A DNA stretch of 64,000 bases, taken from Dehalococcoidia bacterium (lineage in GTDB: Bacteria > Chloroflexota > Dehalococcoidia > Lucifugimonadales > CATOSD01). Location of the stretch: contig OZ242014.1 in NCBI GenBank assembly GCA_965204815.1, forward strand, positions 1,512,532 through 1,576,531. The letters are read 5' to 3'. Made by a program: the position numbers and the translations under genes. Below are positions 63,272 to 64,000 of this stretch, in pieces (within the stretch, counting starts at the first letter, position 1; every line of letters begins with the position of its first letter). The notes below the pieces were generated by a model, which saw only the letters and a program-made list of their open reading frames with translations, was not told the DNA's origin and made no database searches.

Positions 63272-64000
63272 ATGAGCATTCTCGTAAACAGGGACAACCG
63301 CCTGCTGGTGCAGGGCATCACGGGCAGAGAGGGCAGCTACCACGCCATGCGCTGCATGGAGTACGGCGCCAATCTCGTGGCCGGTGTAACTCCAGGCAGG
63401 GGCGGGGACAGCTTTGCCGACTCCGTGCCCGTTTTCAACTCCATGAAGCAGGCGGTAGCCGAGACCGGCGCCGACACGTCCCTCATATTCGTGCCCGCGC
63501 CCTTCGCGCCCGACGCCATCGTCGAGGCGGTCGACGCGGGCATCAGCCTGGTAGCCTGCATCACCGAGGGCATACCTGTGATGGACACCGTAAAGGTGGT
63601 CAGGTACATCCGCGGCAAGCCCGTAACCCTGATCGGCCCCAACTGTCCGGGCGTCATCTCACCCGGCGAGAATTTCAAAATGGGCATCATGCCCGGCCAC
63701 ATCCACATGCCCGGCCGCACCGGCGTAGTGTCCAGGAGCGGCACGCTCACCTACGAAGCGGTGGGGCAGCTGACCGCGCTGGGCATCGGCCAGTCCACCT
63801 GCGTGGGCATCGGCGGCGACCCGGTCAGCGGCACCACGTTCGTCGACATCCTGCAGAAGTTTCAGGACGACCCCGACACCGACGGCGTGGTGATGATCGG
63901 CGAAATCGGCGGGACCAAGGAGCAGGAGGCCGCAGAGTTCATCAGCAGCCAGTTCACCAAGCCCATCGCCGCCCTGATAGTCGGCGAGAGCGCGCCGCCC
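63272..64000 (+). CDS. sucD: Succinate--CoA ligase alpha subunit (3' end outside the window)
   Basis: [46 protein letters not shown] (phosphohistidine loop). Not in the track because no stop lies inside the window. Confidence 0.9.
   Translation, partial: MSILVNRDNRLLVQGITGREGSYHAMRCMEYGANLVAGVTPGRGGDSFADSVPVFNSMKQAVAETGADTSLIFVPAPFAPDAIVEAVDAGISLVACITEGIPVMDTVKVVRYIRGKPVTLIGPNCPGVISPGENFKMGIMPGHIHMPGRTGVVSRSGTLTYEAVGQLTALGIGQSTCVGIGGDPVSGTTFVDILQKFQDDPDTDGVVMIGEIGGTKEQEAAEFISSQFTKPIAALIVGESAPP

Noticed and set aside
1-64000. CRISPR arrays, integrases, transposases, reverse transcriptases or phage structural genes that could explain the islands
   Set aside because: No regularly spaced direct repeats with unique spacers were seen. 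No ORF shows tyrosine- or serine-recombinase, DDE, HUH or RT motifs. The only tandem periodicities are the 21-bp motifs and the PT-codon repeats.

Overview
High-G+C bacterial chromosomal segment that is densely coding. Housekeeping content includes rsmA, ispE, a biotin carrier plus carboxyltransferase, an acyl-CoA synthetase, dinG, ogg, argS, selD, tyrS, rpe, argH, argG, mutS, a NuoEFG-like flavoprotein module, sucCD, a large SRP RNA and tRNA-Ser. By eye, three AT-richer accessory islands interrupt this backbone, and none carries a recognisable integrase or transposase. Island 1 (about 8.2-16.6 kb) is a tightly packed operon: m5C methyltransferase, Mig/MutY-like glycosylase, MORC-like GHKL ATPase and an Mrr-nuclease::DEAH helicase fusion, followed by a sigma-70 with a novel N-terminal extension. 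Island 2 (about 23.0-27.7 kb) encodes a SIR2-like/P-loop STAND-type NTPase split across two ORFs by a -1 frame change, a long helical C-terminal region, and a third protein with a possible HEPN motif and a CCA-enzyme-like C-terminal motif. This island is bracketed by two diverged 399-nt direct copies of the ogg 3' end. Island 3 (about 37.9-40.8 kb) has a NYN-domain RNase-like gene convergent with a 544-aa protein ending in a HEPN-type RNPAEH motif, with a small acidic ORF between them. Other notable items are a selD gene recoded with an in-frame UGA (Sec) at codon 19, and two inverted copies of a roughly 450-bp dispersed repeat carrying 21-bp phased motifs, one next to island 1 and one next to island 2. 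There is also a hairpin-plus-GTTAGGAYGGGGGTGA intergenic repeat family and a DUF4258/DUF2283 toxin-antitoxin-like pair. All functional calls come from motif recognition in the supplied translations; no database search was possible. Many long antisense ORFs in the track are GC-driven shadow ORFs and were ignored.
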